The notes below the pieces were generated by a model. The model worked only from the letters and a program-made list of their open reading frames with translations, was not told the origin of the DNA and searched no databases. Of a stretch of 49,205 nucleotides of DNA, positions 28,209 to 37,642 are shown in pieces. This DNA comes from an uncultured Candidatus Berkelbacteria bacterium. Lineage in GTDB: Bacteria; Patescibacteriota; UBA1384; UBA12157. The DNA is taken from positions 1 to 49,205 of the forward strand of contig CAIRFN010000003.1 in assembly GCA_903877885.1 (NCBI GenBank), read 5' to 3'. The position numbers and the translations under genes were made by a program. How positions within the stretch are numbered: the stretch's first letter is position 1; every line of letters starts with the position of its first letter.

Positions 28209-29336
28209 TTACTTCAGCTTATACCAAACCGTTCGATTAATGTAATCAGTGTAACTTAAAATAATTCGCAAAACTTTTTTACTAACATTTTCCACTTCGT
28301 AATCCGCTACCGGTTTAAAAGCTCGCGGTTCTTTTTGATATTGGCTGGTAGTCACCTCAATCGCCTCTAAAACTTTTTTGGGTTCCAATCCAGACATAAT
28401 GATCGTGCCTTCATCCATGCCTTCTGGACGCTCGTGAGCCTGTCGAATCATAATCGCCGGAAAGTTTAATATCGATGATTCTTCGGTAATTGTACCGCTA
28501 TCTGAAACTACACAAAAACTTGCTAGCTGCAATTTAATATATTCGAAGAAACCCATTGGTTTTAAAAATTGAATTCTTTTATCTAATTCAATTATTTTCA
28601 TTTCTTCAAGTTTTTTTCTGGTTCTCGGATGAGTCGAAACAATCACCGGCATTTTGTATTTTTTGGCAATTGCTTTCAAAGATTTAAGAAAATTAGTAAA
28701 GTTTTCGTCACTATCAATGTTTTCTTCGCGATGAGCACTAACAATAAAAAACTTGTTTTCCTTCAATTTCAAATCAGTTAGCGGATCTGATGCTTCAATT
28801 TTGTCTGCATAATAAGCTAAAACTTCTTTCATCGATGAACCGGTTTTGACAATCGTTTCTGCCTTAATTCCTTCAGCAATCAGATAACGACGCGCGTGCT
28901 CGGTTAACGGCATATTAATATCGCTCAAATGATCAACAATTTTACGATTAATATCTTCCGGTACCCGTTGATCAAAACTGCGGTTGCCAGCTTCCATATG
29001 AAAAACTGGGATATGACGCCGTTTGGCAGTAATAATCGAAAGGCAACTATTAGTGTCGCCGTAAAGTAAAACCGCATCTGGTTTTTCTTTCTCGATTATT
29101 TCATCAGCTTTGGCAATAATATTGCCAATAGTTTCGGCCGTAGTTTTTCCTGCCGCCTCCAAAAAATAGTCTGGTTTTCTTACTTCTAATTGTTCAAAAA
29201 AGATTTGATTTAATTCATAATCATAATTTTGGCCAGTATGAACAATGATATGTTTGGTAAACTTATCAAGTTCGGCCATAACTCGGCTTAATTTAATTAT
29301 TTCTGGACGAGTACCCACGATTGTCATTACTTTCAT
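28209..29336 (-). CDS. wbjD: UDP-2-acetamido-2,6-dideoxy-L-hexose 2-epimerase (WbjD/FnlC/Cap5G family)
   Basis: MTIVGTRPEIIKLSRV, HTGQNYDYELN, HMEAGNRSFDQRVPEDINR, HERPEGMDEG. Confidence 0.85.
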   Translation of the reverse strand: MKVMTIVGTRPEIIKLSRVMAELDKFTKHIIVHTGQNYDYELNQIFFEQLEVRKPDYFLEAAGKTTAETIGNIIAKADEIIEKEKPDAVLLYGDTNSCLSIITAKRRHIPVFHMEAGNRSFDQRVPEDINRKIVDHLSDINMPLTEHARRYLIAEGIKAETIVKTGSSMKEVLAYYADKIEASDPLTDLKLKENKFFIVSAHREENIDSDENFTNFLKSLKAIAKKYKMPVIVSTHPRTRKKLEEMKIIELDKRIQFLKPMGFFEYIKLQLASFCVVSDSGTITEESSILNFPAIMIRQAHERPEGMDEGTIIMSGLEPKKVLEAIEVTTSQYQKEPRAFKPVADYEVENVSKKVLRIILSYTDYINRTVWYKLK

Positions 29337-29346
29337 ATAGATCCTT

Positions 29347-30423
29347 TCATCTTAATAATTCTCCTTCGCCAATTTCATCGCCATATAATAAATGATATTT
29401 TTTAAGCATTTCTTTGGTTTCCGCTAAATCCATCGGATTAGATGAGGAACTATATTCGCCGGTTTTTTCAATGAAATTTTCGTAAGAATTCTTAATAAGT
29501 TCTGGCAAAATCGGTTTAATTACATAGTAATCGCCACGTTCAACCGTATGCCAAGCTTCTTCTTCGGAAATTAGAATTTCGTGAATTTTTTCGCCAGGAC
29601 GAATCCCTGTAATTTTAATTTCTAAATTTCGATTTTCAATCAGAGCCTTGGCTACATTAACCATAGAAGAAGATTTTACCTTGGGGATATAGGTTTCCCC
29701 TTGATTACCGCCGGCAATCGCTGAAAAAACCGTATCGACCGCATGGTTAAGCGGCAGCAAAAATCGGGTCATATCTTCGGTTGTAACAGTTAGTGGCAAA
29801 TTATTTTTGATTTGCTCGTGAAACATAGGGATAACTGAACCGCGGGAGGCTAAAACATTGCCATAACGAACCAAAATAAACCGGACTTTTGGCACAGAAA
29901 TATTGGCCGAAACAAAAATTCTTTCCTGTAAAGATTTGGTCATACCCATCACATTAACTGGTTTGCAAGCTTTATCGGTCGAAACGCCAACCACAGTTTC
30001 CACTGGGCAATCAATTTCAGCCAAGGCCTGAACAATATTTTGCGCTCCGATAATATTAGTTTGGACCGCTTCATAAGGGAAATATTCACACGAAGGAACT
30101 TGCTTTAAAGCTGCCGCGTTAATCACGATATCGGAATTTTTCAAAACTCGGCGAATTGAATCATAGTTTCGAACATCGCCAATATGAAATTCAACCAGTT
30201 GTTGAAAATTATTATAAGTAACTTCATCTGTTGCATTTTTCCGATGCTGATATTCCAAACGCATATTATGCTGTTTGGCTTCATCTCGAGAAAAAATCAT
30301 AATTTTTGATGGCACACCCTGCTCGCCGCTTAATAAACGCTTAACTAAAATTTTTCCCAAACTTCCAGTTCCACCAGTAATTAAAATTCTTTTTTGACCA
30401 AATAATGACATTTTCCTCCTCAA
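29347..30423 (-). CDS. wbjB: UDP-GlcNAc 4,6-dehydratase/epimerase (WbjB/FnlA/CapE family)
   Basis: ITGGTGSLG, FSRDEAKQ, AAALKQVPSCEYFP.EAV.TN, STDKA, RYGNVLASRGSVIP, IRPGEKIHE. Confidence 0.8.
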   Translation of the reverse strand: MRRKMSLFGQKRILITGGTGSLGKILVKRLLSGEQGVPSKIMIFSRDEAKQHNMRLEYQHRKNATDEVTYNNFQQLVEFHIGDVRNYDSIRRVLKNSDIVINAAALKQVPSCEYFPYEAVQTNIIGAQNIVQALAEIDCPVETVVGVSTDKACKPVNVMGMTKSLQERIFVSANISVPKVRFILVRYGNVLASRGSVIPMFHEQIKNNLPLTVTTEDMTRFLLPLNHAVDTVFSAIAGGNQGETYIPKVKSSSMVNVAKALIENRNLEIKITGIRPGEKIHEILISEEEAWHTVERGDYYVIKPILPELIKNSYENFIEKTGEYSSSSNPMDLAETKEMLKKYHLLYGDEIGEGELLR

Positions 30424-30425
30424 GT

Positions 30426-31316
30426 TTAAAACTGAATAAAGTTTTTATTTTTCAAATAATATTGATGCATTTTTTTAATTAAAATCGGCCAAGTTGGCGG
30501 TAAATAACCGGTCGCTTTTCTAAACCGACTGGAATCAAGTGAGCGGTCATTAACTGTTTCAATATCTTCCTTAATCTCAACTTTTTTACCATACACCTTG
30601 GCAATTAATTTAAGCAAATCAAATTTTGAAATTGGTTCAGCCGAGACCTGGTACAAACCCTTTAACTTTTTATTAGGAATAACATATTCAGCGATAATGC
30701 GAGCCATTTCGACAGTTGGTACACCAGAATAAATGACTTTTCTAAACCCTTTAATTTTACCTTCTTGAGCCAAAAACCAATCAGTAAGTTGTAAATCATT
30801 TTCGAAACTATGACCAATAATAGAAGTTCGAATGGTTAAAGCCTGATCAGAATGAATTTCACCTAAGGCTTTGGTCTTGCCATAAATATCATCAGCATCC
30901 GACAAATCTTTCTCGGTATAAAAACCTTTATTGCCACTAAAAACGCAATCAGTACTAAAGTGGATTAACCTAGAACCAGAAAGTTGGCAAAGTTCAGCTA
31001 ATCGATGCGGTAAAAGCGCGTTCAAACTAATCGCTTTTTGAATATTATTCTCGTTAATTAAATGTTTAACCAAACCAATGCAATTTATAACCACATCTGG
31101 TTTAAGCTGATTAAAAATTCTAGCTAAACTATCCGTATTTTCCACATCAACATAATTGACGATTTTTTCTAGACTTTTAATCTCAAAATATTTTTTGGCA
31201 TCTTCTCCTTTGGCTGTACCATGAACATCAAAATCTTTGTATTTTGATAGGTCGGTAAATAAACCATTGCCAAATATACCAGTCGAACCTAAAATTAAAA
31301 TTTTTATTTTGCTCAT
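30426..31316 (-). CDS. RmlD-like SDR 4-reductase (WbvR/QnlB-like)
   Basis: LGSTGIFG, VINCIG, HFSTDCVFSG, YGKTKALGE, RTSIIG, DRSLD motifs; no C-terminal cupin domain. Confidence 0.8.
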   Translation of the reverse strand: MSKIKILILGSTGIFGNGLFTDLSKYKDFDVHGTAKGEDAKKYFEIKSLEKIVNYVDVENTDSLARIFNQLKPDVVINCIGLVKHLINENNIQKAISLNALLPHRLAELCQLSGSRLIHFSTDCVFSGNKGFYTEKDLSDADDIYGKTKALGEIHSDQALTIRTSIIGHSFENDLQLTDWFLAQEGKIKGFRKVIYSGVPTVEMARIIAEYVIPNKKLKGLYQVSAEPISKFDLLKLIAKVYGKKVEIKEDIETVNDRSLDSSRFRKATGYLPPTWPILIKKMHQYYLKNKNFIQF

Positions 31317-31347
31317 AGCTCTCCTTTAAAATTTAAATAAAAAATGA

Positions 31348-31378
31348 TATTCCATAATTTATTGGAATAATTATTATA
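31348..31378 (-). promoter_or_regulatory. Candidate internal promoter with operator-like inverted repeat upstream of the reductase-wbjB-wbjD cassette
   Basis: Minus-strand TATAAT (31378-31373); TATTCCA/TGGAATA inverted repeat (31348-31369); SD AAGGAG before the ATG. The -35 element is poor. Confidence 0.35.
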
Positions 31379-31421
31379 TAACTAGTTTAGTTACCGATTA
31401 CAACCCCTTAGAACTTAAACA

Positions 31422-31784
31422 CTATCGCAACAAAAAAATAACACCTGTTAGACACAGGATTAAACCAAAAACTTTATTAAAGTTTACTGATTCATGATAA
31501 AAAACAACCGAAACTATAAAAACTAAAATTGTTGCCGCAATAATTGTAACCGGAAAAGCCCGATTTAACTCAACTTTTGAAAGCACGATCGCATAAGTCA
31601 TAAAACTAATAGCATAACAAACTAAGGCCAACCATAAATATGGACTACCAGCCATTTGCTTTAATTTATCCAAAAAACTCACATTTAATTGGACTAAACC
31701 GATTCTTTTCATAGCTGCTTTAACAAAAAATTGGGCTCCAACCGAGAACAACATGCCACCAAATAGAATAATTTTATAAATCAT
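31422..31784 (-). CDS. Small multidrug-resistance/EamA-like 4-TM protein (ArnE/F-type lipid-sugar flippase candidate)
   Basis: 120 aa, four TM helices, LSKVELNRAFP and ESVNFNKVFG patterns. Confidence 0.72.
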   Translation of the reverse strand: MIYKIILFGGMLFSVGAQFFVKAAMKRIGLVQLNVSFLDKLKQMAGSPYLWLALVCYAISFMTYAIVLSKVELNRAFPVTIIAATILVFIVSVVFYHESVNFNKVFGLILCLTGVIFLLR

Positions 31785-32989
31785 TTAACCTCTTTTCTTT
31801 TAGAATTAGACTTTGGATCTTTCCGATAACCTTTAATCACTTGATTAAAAACCTTTATCATATCTTTACCAACTTTGGGCCAATTCATATATTTGACTAC
31901 TAGTTTTTTCCCATTTTGACCAATTCTTCTCCGAAGTTTATGACTTGAAAGAATTAACTTCATTTTATCTAAAATTTGGCCGGTTGAACAGCTGTCTGTA
32001 AAAATGTAATTTTCCATATCTATTAATTCAGCTTGACCAAGTAAATCTGATGGAATATTAGAAATTACTGGCACACCCATCATCATCGCTTCTAGATTGG
32101 AAGTGCCAAGCCCAACATATTCTCCAGTTAACGTTCCCCAGCCACAAACTGATTTTTGAAGCTCTTTTAAAACTTTTTCGTGCGGCAATTCACCTGTTAA
32201 TATAACTTTTTTTTCCAACTTAAGACTTTTAATTAAGAAAACTGTTTTTTGATAATAAATATGTCCGATAATTTTTAACTTTAGTTTCGGGTATGATTTT
32301 AGAAGCTCGTGAAATATTCTGATAATAAAGTGAAAATTTCTCTGTTCAATGATTGCTCCAACCCCAACGATTTGCTGAACATTTCGGTAATCATGTTTAT
32401 GATTTAAATAGGTTCCCAAATCACCATTCACCCCAAAATTAACAATAGTGTTTTTCTCTAGAATTTTTTCACCATGAATATCTTTTAAGTATCGTTCGAT
32501 TTCTTTGTCCCAAGAAATAATTTTCTGAGTCTTTGAGAAAATATAACCACATATTAGCTTATCAAAAAAATTAAGAACTTTTGACCGAAAAAAGTTGAGT
32601 GATTGCAATTGCGTCCCAACCGAAACTACTAGAGGAATTTTGTTTTTGCGGGCCGCATAAATTGTTGGGAAAGCAATATCTAGATAATGATTAACTAGTA
32701 AGATTATATCGGGTTTATCTTCTTTGACAATTTCATCCATTTTAGAAAAATTAGTTAAATATAAAGAGCAAACTCGTAGATGTTTAAAATAATTTTTAAG
32801 CGGAAAATGAAACGCTTTTAGTCGATGAATTTTGTAAGAAGACGACTGTTTTTGTTGATTAGAATTTTCCAAAGTAACCAGAGTCACTTTGTGGCCAAGT
32901 TTTAATAGTGAATCAGCTAAATTTTTGGTATAAAAAGAAGTCCCTGTTCGAATTGGCGGAAACATCCCGGTCACAATTAGTATCTTCAT
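31781..32989 (-). CDS. GT4 glycosyltransferase
   Basis: MKILIVTGMFPP, GELPH, GLGTSNLEAMMMGVPVI. Confidence 0.85.
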   Translation of the reverse strand: MKILIVTGMFPPIRTGTSFYTKNLADSLLKLGHKVTLVTLENSNQQKQSSSYKIHRLKAFHFPLKNYFKHLRVCSLYLTNFSKMDEIVKEDKPDIILLVNHYLDIAFPTIYAARKNKIPLVVSVGTQLQSLNFFRSKVLNFFDKLICGYIFSKTQKIISWDKEIERYLKDIHGEKILEKNTIVNFGVNGDLGTYLNHKHDYRNVQQIVGVGAIIEQRNFHFIIRIFHELLKSYPKLKLKIIGHIYYQKTVFLIKSLKLEKKVILTGELPHEKVLKELQKSVCGWGTLTGEYVGLGTSNLEAMMMGVPVISNIPSDLLGQAELIDMENYIFTDSCSTGQILDKMKLILSSHKLRRRIGQNGKKLVVKYMNWPKVGKDMIKVFNQVIKGYRKDPKSNSKRKEVK

Positions 32990-32995
32990 ATTTGA

Positions 32996-33514
32996 TTAAT
33001 TTTCTTCGCGCATTCTTAGTTTTTGAGCTGGCACTCCAGCAACAACCGAAAAAGGTTCAACATTCTTTGTGACTACCGCCCCTGCACCAACTTGGGCTCC
33101 TTGACCGATAGTAACGCCTGGTAAAATAATAGCACCAACGCCAATATCAGCATCATCCTCAATCGCTACTGGCGTAAATTTTATCTTACTATGTAAAATT
33201 GGTACATTACGGCCATCTTCCTCGTGAAACGAAGTAATAATTTTAACAGCCGGACCGATACCAACATTTTTACCAATCGTCAAACCACCAGCACTATGAA
33301 AAAAACATTGCTGACCTACCCATGTTCCAGTGCCAATTATCAGCTTATTTTTATGGTAACCTTTCAAAATTGCGTTGTGACCGATATAAACATTATCACC
33401 AAGTTCTATATTTTCAGGATGAAAAACTAAAATGCCAGACTCAAAAATAACATCTTGGCCAAGTTTAGCAAATTGTTCTAATTTGAATTTCCCATCACCA
33501 TGAGTTTTATTCAT
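32996..33514 (-). CDS. Hexapeptide-repeat (left-handed beta-helix) acyltransferase
   Basis: LTIGKNVGIGP, IEDDADIGVGAIILPGVTIGQGAQVGAGAVVTKNV, VAGVPA. Confidence 0.9.
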   Translation of the reverse strand: MNKTHGDGKFKLEQFAKLGQDVIFESGILVFHPENIELGDNVYIGHNAILKGYHKNKLIIGTGTWVGQQCFFHSAGGLTIGKNVGIGPAVKIITSFHEEDGRNVPILHSKIKFTPVAIEDDADIGVGAIILPGVTIGQGAQVGAGAVVTKNVEPFSVVAGVPAQKLRMREEN

Positions 33515-34616
33515 CTAAAGCCTTTACTAGTTCATCAGCAATCAACAAGATTTCTGCTGATTTTAGCTTGCCATAAAGAGGTAAAACCAATCCCTTGTTA
33601 AATAACCTAGTTGCTACTGGAAAATCTTCATTTTTATAACCATATTTTTTTTGAAAATAAGTTAAACAGTTTAAGGCTTGAGCCCCAATGCTTGTTTGAA
33701 CACCAGCTTTATCCATCTGATTAATAATCTGATGTCGATCGATTGATTTATCTAAAACAATCATATAACTTTGCCATGAATTGCCAGTTTCATCTAATGG
33801 AAGTTGTAAATTTTTTTTATTTTTTAAAACCTGGTAATAAATCTCGACTAATTTTTTCCTTTTAGTCAATTCTTTACTGAATCTTTTTATTTGTCCTAAA
33901 CCAAGAACAGCTTGAAATTCAGTTAAACGGTAATTCAACCCTGCAAGAGTAAAATCGATTTTATCTGGAGTTTTTTCCATACCGTGATTACGCAATTTTT
34001 TTAATTTAAGATCCAACTCTTTAGACCGAGTCATAATTGCCCCACCTTCACCAGTAGTTATGGCTTTTCGAGGATGAAAAGAAAAACAAGCCATATCGCC
34101 ATAATAACCAGGGTGGTGACCATCAGCCATTGTTCCGAGCGCACAAGCAGCGTCTTCAATTAGCTTAAGATTATATTTCTTGGCAATTTTAGAAATTTCT
34201 TTGATCTTTACTGGTTGACCAAATTCATGAACAATCATAATTGCTTTGATATTCTTTTTTGTGTTGGCTAAAATAGTTTTTTCGATCATCTCTGGTGTAA
34301 CCACGTATGTTTCTGGATCAACATCACAAAGAATTGTTTCGCAACAAATATTCTCAACAACATTAGCTGAAGCAGGAAAGGTAAAAGCCGGCACAATCAC
34401 ACTACTTCCTTTTGGTAATTCCAGAGCCATCATCGCTAAATGCAAGGCTGCTGTTCCTGAAGTTACCATAGTACAATATGGTAAATTGGAAAAATTTTCC
34501 AATTCTTTTTCCAATAAAACAACATTTTCACCCTGAACCAAATTGCCGCTTTTCAAAACATTGATAACTTTTTTAATATCTTCGGCTAGAATATCAGGAG
34601 AAGCTAATTTAATCAT
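33507..34616 (-). CDS. DegT/DnrJ/EryC1/StrS family PLP-dependent sugar aminotransferase
   Basis: SGTAALHLA, PAFTFPAS, IEDAACALG, FSFHPRKAITTGEGG, GLNYRL. Confidence 0.92.
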   Translation of the reverse strand: MIKLASPDILAEDIKKVINVLKSGNLVQGENVVLLEKELENFSNLPYCTMVTSGTAALHLAMMALELPKGSSVIVPAFTFPASANVVENICCETILCDVDPETYVVTPEMIEKTILANTKKNIKAIMIVHEFGQPVKIKEISKIAKKYNLKLIEDAACALGTMADGHHPGYYGDMACFSFHPRKAITTGEGGAIMTRSKELDLKLKKLRNHGMEKTPDKIDFTLAGLNYRLTEFQAVLGLGQIKRFSKELTKRKKLVEIYYQVLKNKKNLQLPLDETGNSWQSYMIVLDKSIDRHQIINQMDKAGVQTSIGAQALNCLTYFQKKYGYKNEDFPVATRLFNKGLVLPLYGKLKSAEILLIADELVKALDE

Positions 34617-34630
34617 TACTAAATCCTTTC

Positions 34631-35587
34631 TTACAAAATATGCTTTTTATACCAGTCGGCAGTCCGTCTAATACCATCTTCTAAATCAACTTTAGCCTTA
34701 AAATCTAAGATTTCTTCGGCTTTATTGGTATCAGGAATACGTAACTCAATATCAGCCGAAAGAGCTTTCTTGAAAACAATTTTGGATTTGGATTCTAATA
34801 CTCGACAAACGATTTGAGCTAGACCATAAATAGTGGTGATAGTTCGCGCATTACCGATATTAAATGACTCGCCAACCGCCTTTTTTTCTTCAAGAGCCAA
34901 CATTAAACCTCTAACCATATCATCAACATAACACCAGGCTCTAATTTGAGTGCCATCGCCATAAATATAGATATCCTCGTTTTTCAATGCTTTTCGTATA
35001 AAAATTTGAATGGCGCCTTCGCCAGTTTGACCCGGACCATAAATATTAAAAGGTCGAATTGTAACCGTTGGCAAACCATATTGCGCAAAATAAGCATGAG
35101 TCAAATGTTCGCCAGCTAATTTACTAACTGCATAAACCCAACGAGCTTCACCGACCGAGCCAGAGATAGCTTGGCAACTTTCGTTAACCCGATAAGCCAT
35201 CGATCCAAAAATTTCCGAAGTCGAAAATTCCAAAACTCGACTTTTAACCTTATTTTCTAGTGCGGCCTTTAAAACATTGGCGGTTCCAATCATATTAACT
35301 TCCATCGTTTTTACTGGATTTTTAATCACTGTATCGATTCCGGCAATAGCCGCAGCATGAACAACAATATCTGCACCTTTCATTGCCTGAGTCAAAGCTT
35401 CTAAATTCAAAATATCACCGTTAATCAAACTAATATTTTTATTTTGTAACAAACCAGTATGCTTTAAAGTATCCCGAGTCAGATTATCATACAAAACAAT
35501 CTCATTATTCTTAGCTAATTTATTTGCTAAAGTTGAGCCAATAAAACCAGCACCACCAGTAATAAATATTTTTTTATCTTTAATCAC
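34631..35587 (-). CDS. NAD-dependent epimerase/dehydratase (extended SDR)
   Basis: [49 protein letters not shown]. Confidence 0.92.
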   Translation of the reverse strand: MIKDKKIFITGGAGFIGSTLANKLAKNNEIVLYDNLTRDTLKHTGLLQNKNISLINGDILNLEALTQAMKGADIVVHAAAIAGIDTVIKNPVKTMEVNMIGTANVLKAALENKVKSRVLEFSTSEIFGSMAYRVNESCQAISGSVGEARWVYAVSKLAGEHLTHAYFAQYGLPTVTIRPFNIYGPGQTGEGAIQIFIRKALKNEDIYIYGDGTQIRAWCYVDDMVRGLMLALEEKKAVGESFNIGNARTITTIYGLAQIVCRVLESKSKIVFKKALSADIELRIPDTNKAEEILDFKAKVDLEDGIRRTADWYKKHIL

Positions 35588-35602
35588 GATAACCTTCCTG
35601 TT

Positions 35603-37435
35603 TTAATTTTTTTTATTAATTGAAAATATAGTCGTGCGAAAATCGTCATAAATCATTTTTGTTTCCAACCAATCTGGCGGAGGATTATTTTCTAAATCTT
35701 TAAGTACAAACAGACTGGAATCTTTTTGAATCACAATTTTATTATATCCTTTATTATAAAGATATTCCCATGTGACAGTTAAGCCATCGGGCGGTTTTAT
35801 GTTAACCAAGATTTCTGGCCTAAGAAAATAACGATAGGCACCAGCAATAAATATTTGATCGCTGGGAGAATAACTTTTATTAATAAAATCAAGTGCCGGG
35901 AAGTATGCCCCAGTGTTTAGTGATCTTATATCTATTCGACCAAAAATTAAGCGGACAAATAGTTTGGACAAACGCCATTGCCCCGCAATACTTACTAATA
36001 GTATCACTAACATCATGCTAATTCCAATGAATTTCAAAATATAATATTTCTGTTGATTGAGTAGATTTTCAAACCCAGACGCCATAACTACTCCAAAAAG
36101 TAATAGAGTGGCTAAGATATACCGAGGCGAAAGAACCGAAGGACGCATTATCATCCAAATCGCCAAACCGATCAATGCCACTGTCAGGATTTGTTTTTTG
36201 ATTATTGAATTGTTTTGTTTTAGAAAGATTAAAGGTAAAAAGGCAAAAATTAAAACCGATAAATTACCGTCTTGCATTGGATATTGACCAAAAGTCAAGG
36301 CAAAAGGATATGTTAATAAAATAAATTTAGTCGTCTGAGCCGAATACCAGACCTGCTCGATCCAACTTGATCCTTGAGGTTTAAAAAAGAAAAATGGTGC
36401 TAACGGTTCACCGTAAATAATCGCGTTTTTAGTCAGATGAGGGATAGCTGATATAAAAATAAAAAGACCGATAATTCCCAAAGAAATTATTGCCGAAATA
36501 ACAAACCTCTTGAATGATTCTTTTATTTTTCGACTGTCTGAATAAATATTCCAACTAAGAATAGTTAAAATACCAGGTGAAATTACCAGAATATTAGAAA
36601 ACTTGGCAATAAAAGCCAAGCCAGCAAATAAACCTGTTAAGGCAAGTGGTGTCCAACCATTTTCTCTTTTTGTTTGCAAAACCCAATAATAAGCCGCTAG
36701 ACCAAAAGCTGCACCAAAAACATCAACTTTTCCATCCATAATATAATTAGTAAAAGCAGTAGAAGTAAAAAGCAAAATCAAAACTATAATTTGGCCCTTA
36801 GCTTTAAGACCGGCTAACCGACCAATTATCAAAAGCATAACCGCGGCGGCTAAAGCCGTAAACCAAACAAAGAATTTGCTAGCAACCGGACCAGCTATAA
36901 CCATTAAAGCGGCAAAATGCATTTCACCAGATAAACCAATTTGGGAAAATGAAATATAGTTAGCTGGTGGTTGCAAAGTTCCGGTATAAGCCATAATTTT
37001 AGGTAAAACCATATAAAAGGCTTCGGCATCTCCTGTGGGAGATTTAATAATTGAACCAATAGCAAAACACAAAACTAATATTATTAGTAAGCTAAAAAAA
37101 ATTTTCCAAATTAAAGTTAATTTTTTTATCGCCTCGATAATTTTCCTGAATTCAGGTTTGATCGTTTGAAAAAAAGGCCGTAATGTCAACGTACCAATAA
37201 TGGCGATTAGAATTATAATTACCAATATAACTGGTTTTTTAAACCAAGATAATAAGCCTAATAATAACCATAAATTAGCCAAAACTCCCTGCCCGAGTAG
37301 AAAACCAGAGCAAAATTGGACAAGAACCGGCCATTGGTGAATTTTTTGTGCTGAAATTACTTTCAACAAAATTAAACCTAAAAAGAGATTAACCAAAACA
37401 TAAAAAATTGTATAAAAAATTATAATATAAATCAT
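35603..37435 (-). CDS. Polytopic GT-C-like (ArnT/PMT-like) membrane protein, paralog B1
   Basis: GDAEAFYM..PK, GKVDVFGA, AFIAKFSN, PRYILATLLL; many TM helices. Confidence 0.65.
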   Translation of the reverse strand: MIYIIIFYTIFYVLVNLFLGLILLKVISAQKIHQWPVLVQFCSGFLLGQGVLANLWLLLGLLSWFKKPVILVIIILIAIIGTLTLRPFFQTIKPEFRKIIEAIKKLTLIWKIFFSLLIILVLCFAIGSIIKSPTGDAEAFYMVLPKIMAYTGTLQPPANYISFSQIGLSGEMHFAALMVIAGPVASKFFVWFTALAAAVMLLIIGRLAGLKAKGQIIVLILLFTSTAFTNYIMDGKVDVFGAAFGLAAYYWVLQTKRENGWTPLALTGLFAGLAFIAKFSNILVISPGILTILSWNIYSDSRKIKESFKRFVISAIISLGIIGLFIFISAIPHLTKNAIIYGEPLAPFFFFKPQGSSWIEQVWYSAQTTKFILLTYPFALTFGQYPMQDGNLSVLIFAFLPLIFLKQNNSIIKKQILTVALIGLAIWMIMRPSVLSPRYILATLLLFGVVMASGFENLLNQQKYYILKFIGISMMLVILLVSIAGQWRLSKLFVRLIFGRIDIRSLNTGAYFPALDFINKSYSPSDQIFIAGAYRYFLRPEILVNIKPPDGLTVTWEYLYNKGYNKIVIQKDSSLFVLKDLENNPPPDWLETKMIYDDFRTTIFSINKKN

Positions 37436-37635
37436 TCTGTTGTAAAAATATATTGGCGCCAGACATAAGGATAAATTAAAGCTTCGGCTTGCCTAGTTAT
37501 TTGACGTATTTTAGGCGGCACTAAATTACCACTCGGTGGCTCAACTAGACCACTTAAAACCCACCAAACCAAAAAACTAGCTATCATCCATAAAAATATC
37601 AGCAATCCAATTGTAAATTCTTTAAATTTAATCAT
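37432..37635 (-). CDS. Small single-TM hypothetical protein
   Basis: 67 aa with one hydrophobic helix; ATGA overlap with the next gene; resembles the C-terminal tail of the 40142..41569 protein. Confidence 0.7.
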   Translation of the reverse strand: MIKFKEFTIGLLIFLWMIASFLVWWVLSGLVEPPSGNLVPPKIRQITRQAEALIYPYVWRQYIFTTE

Positions 37636-37642
37636 TTTTCCT

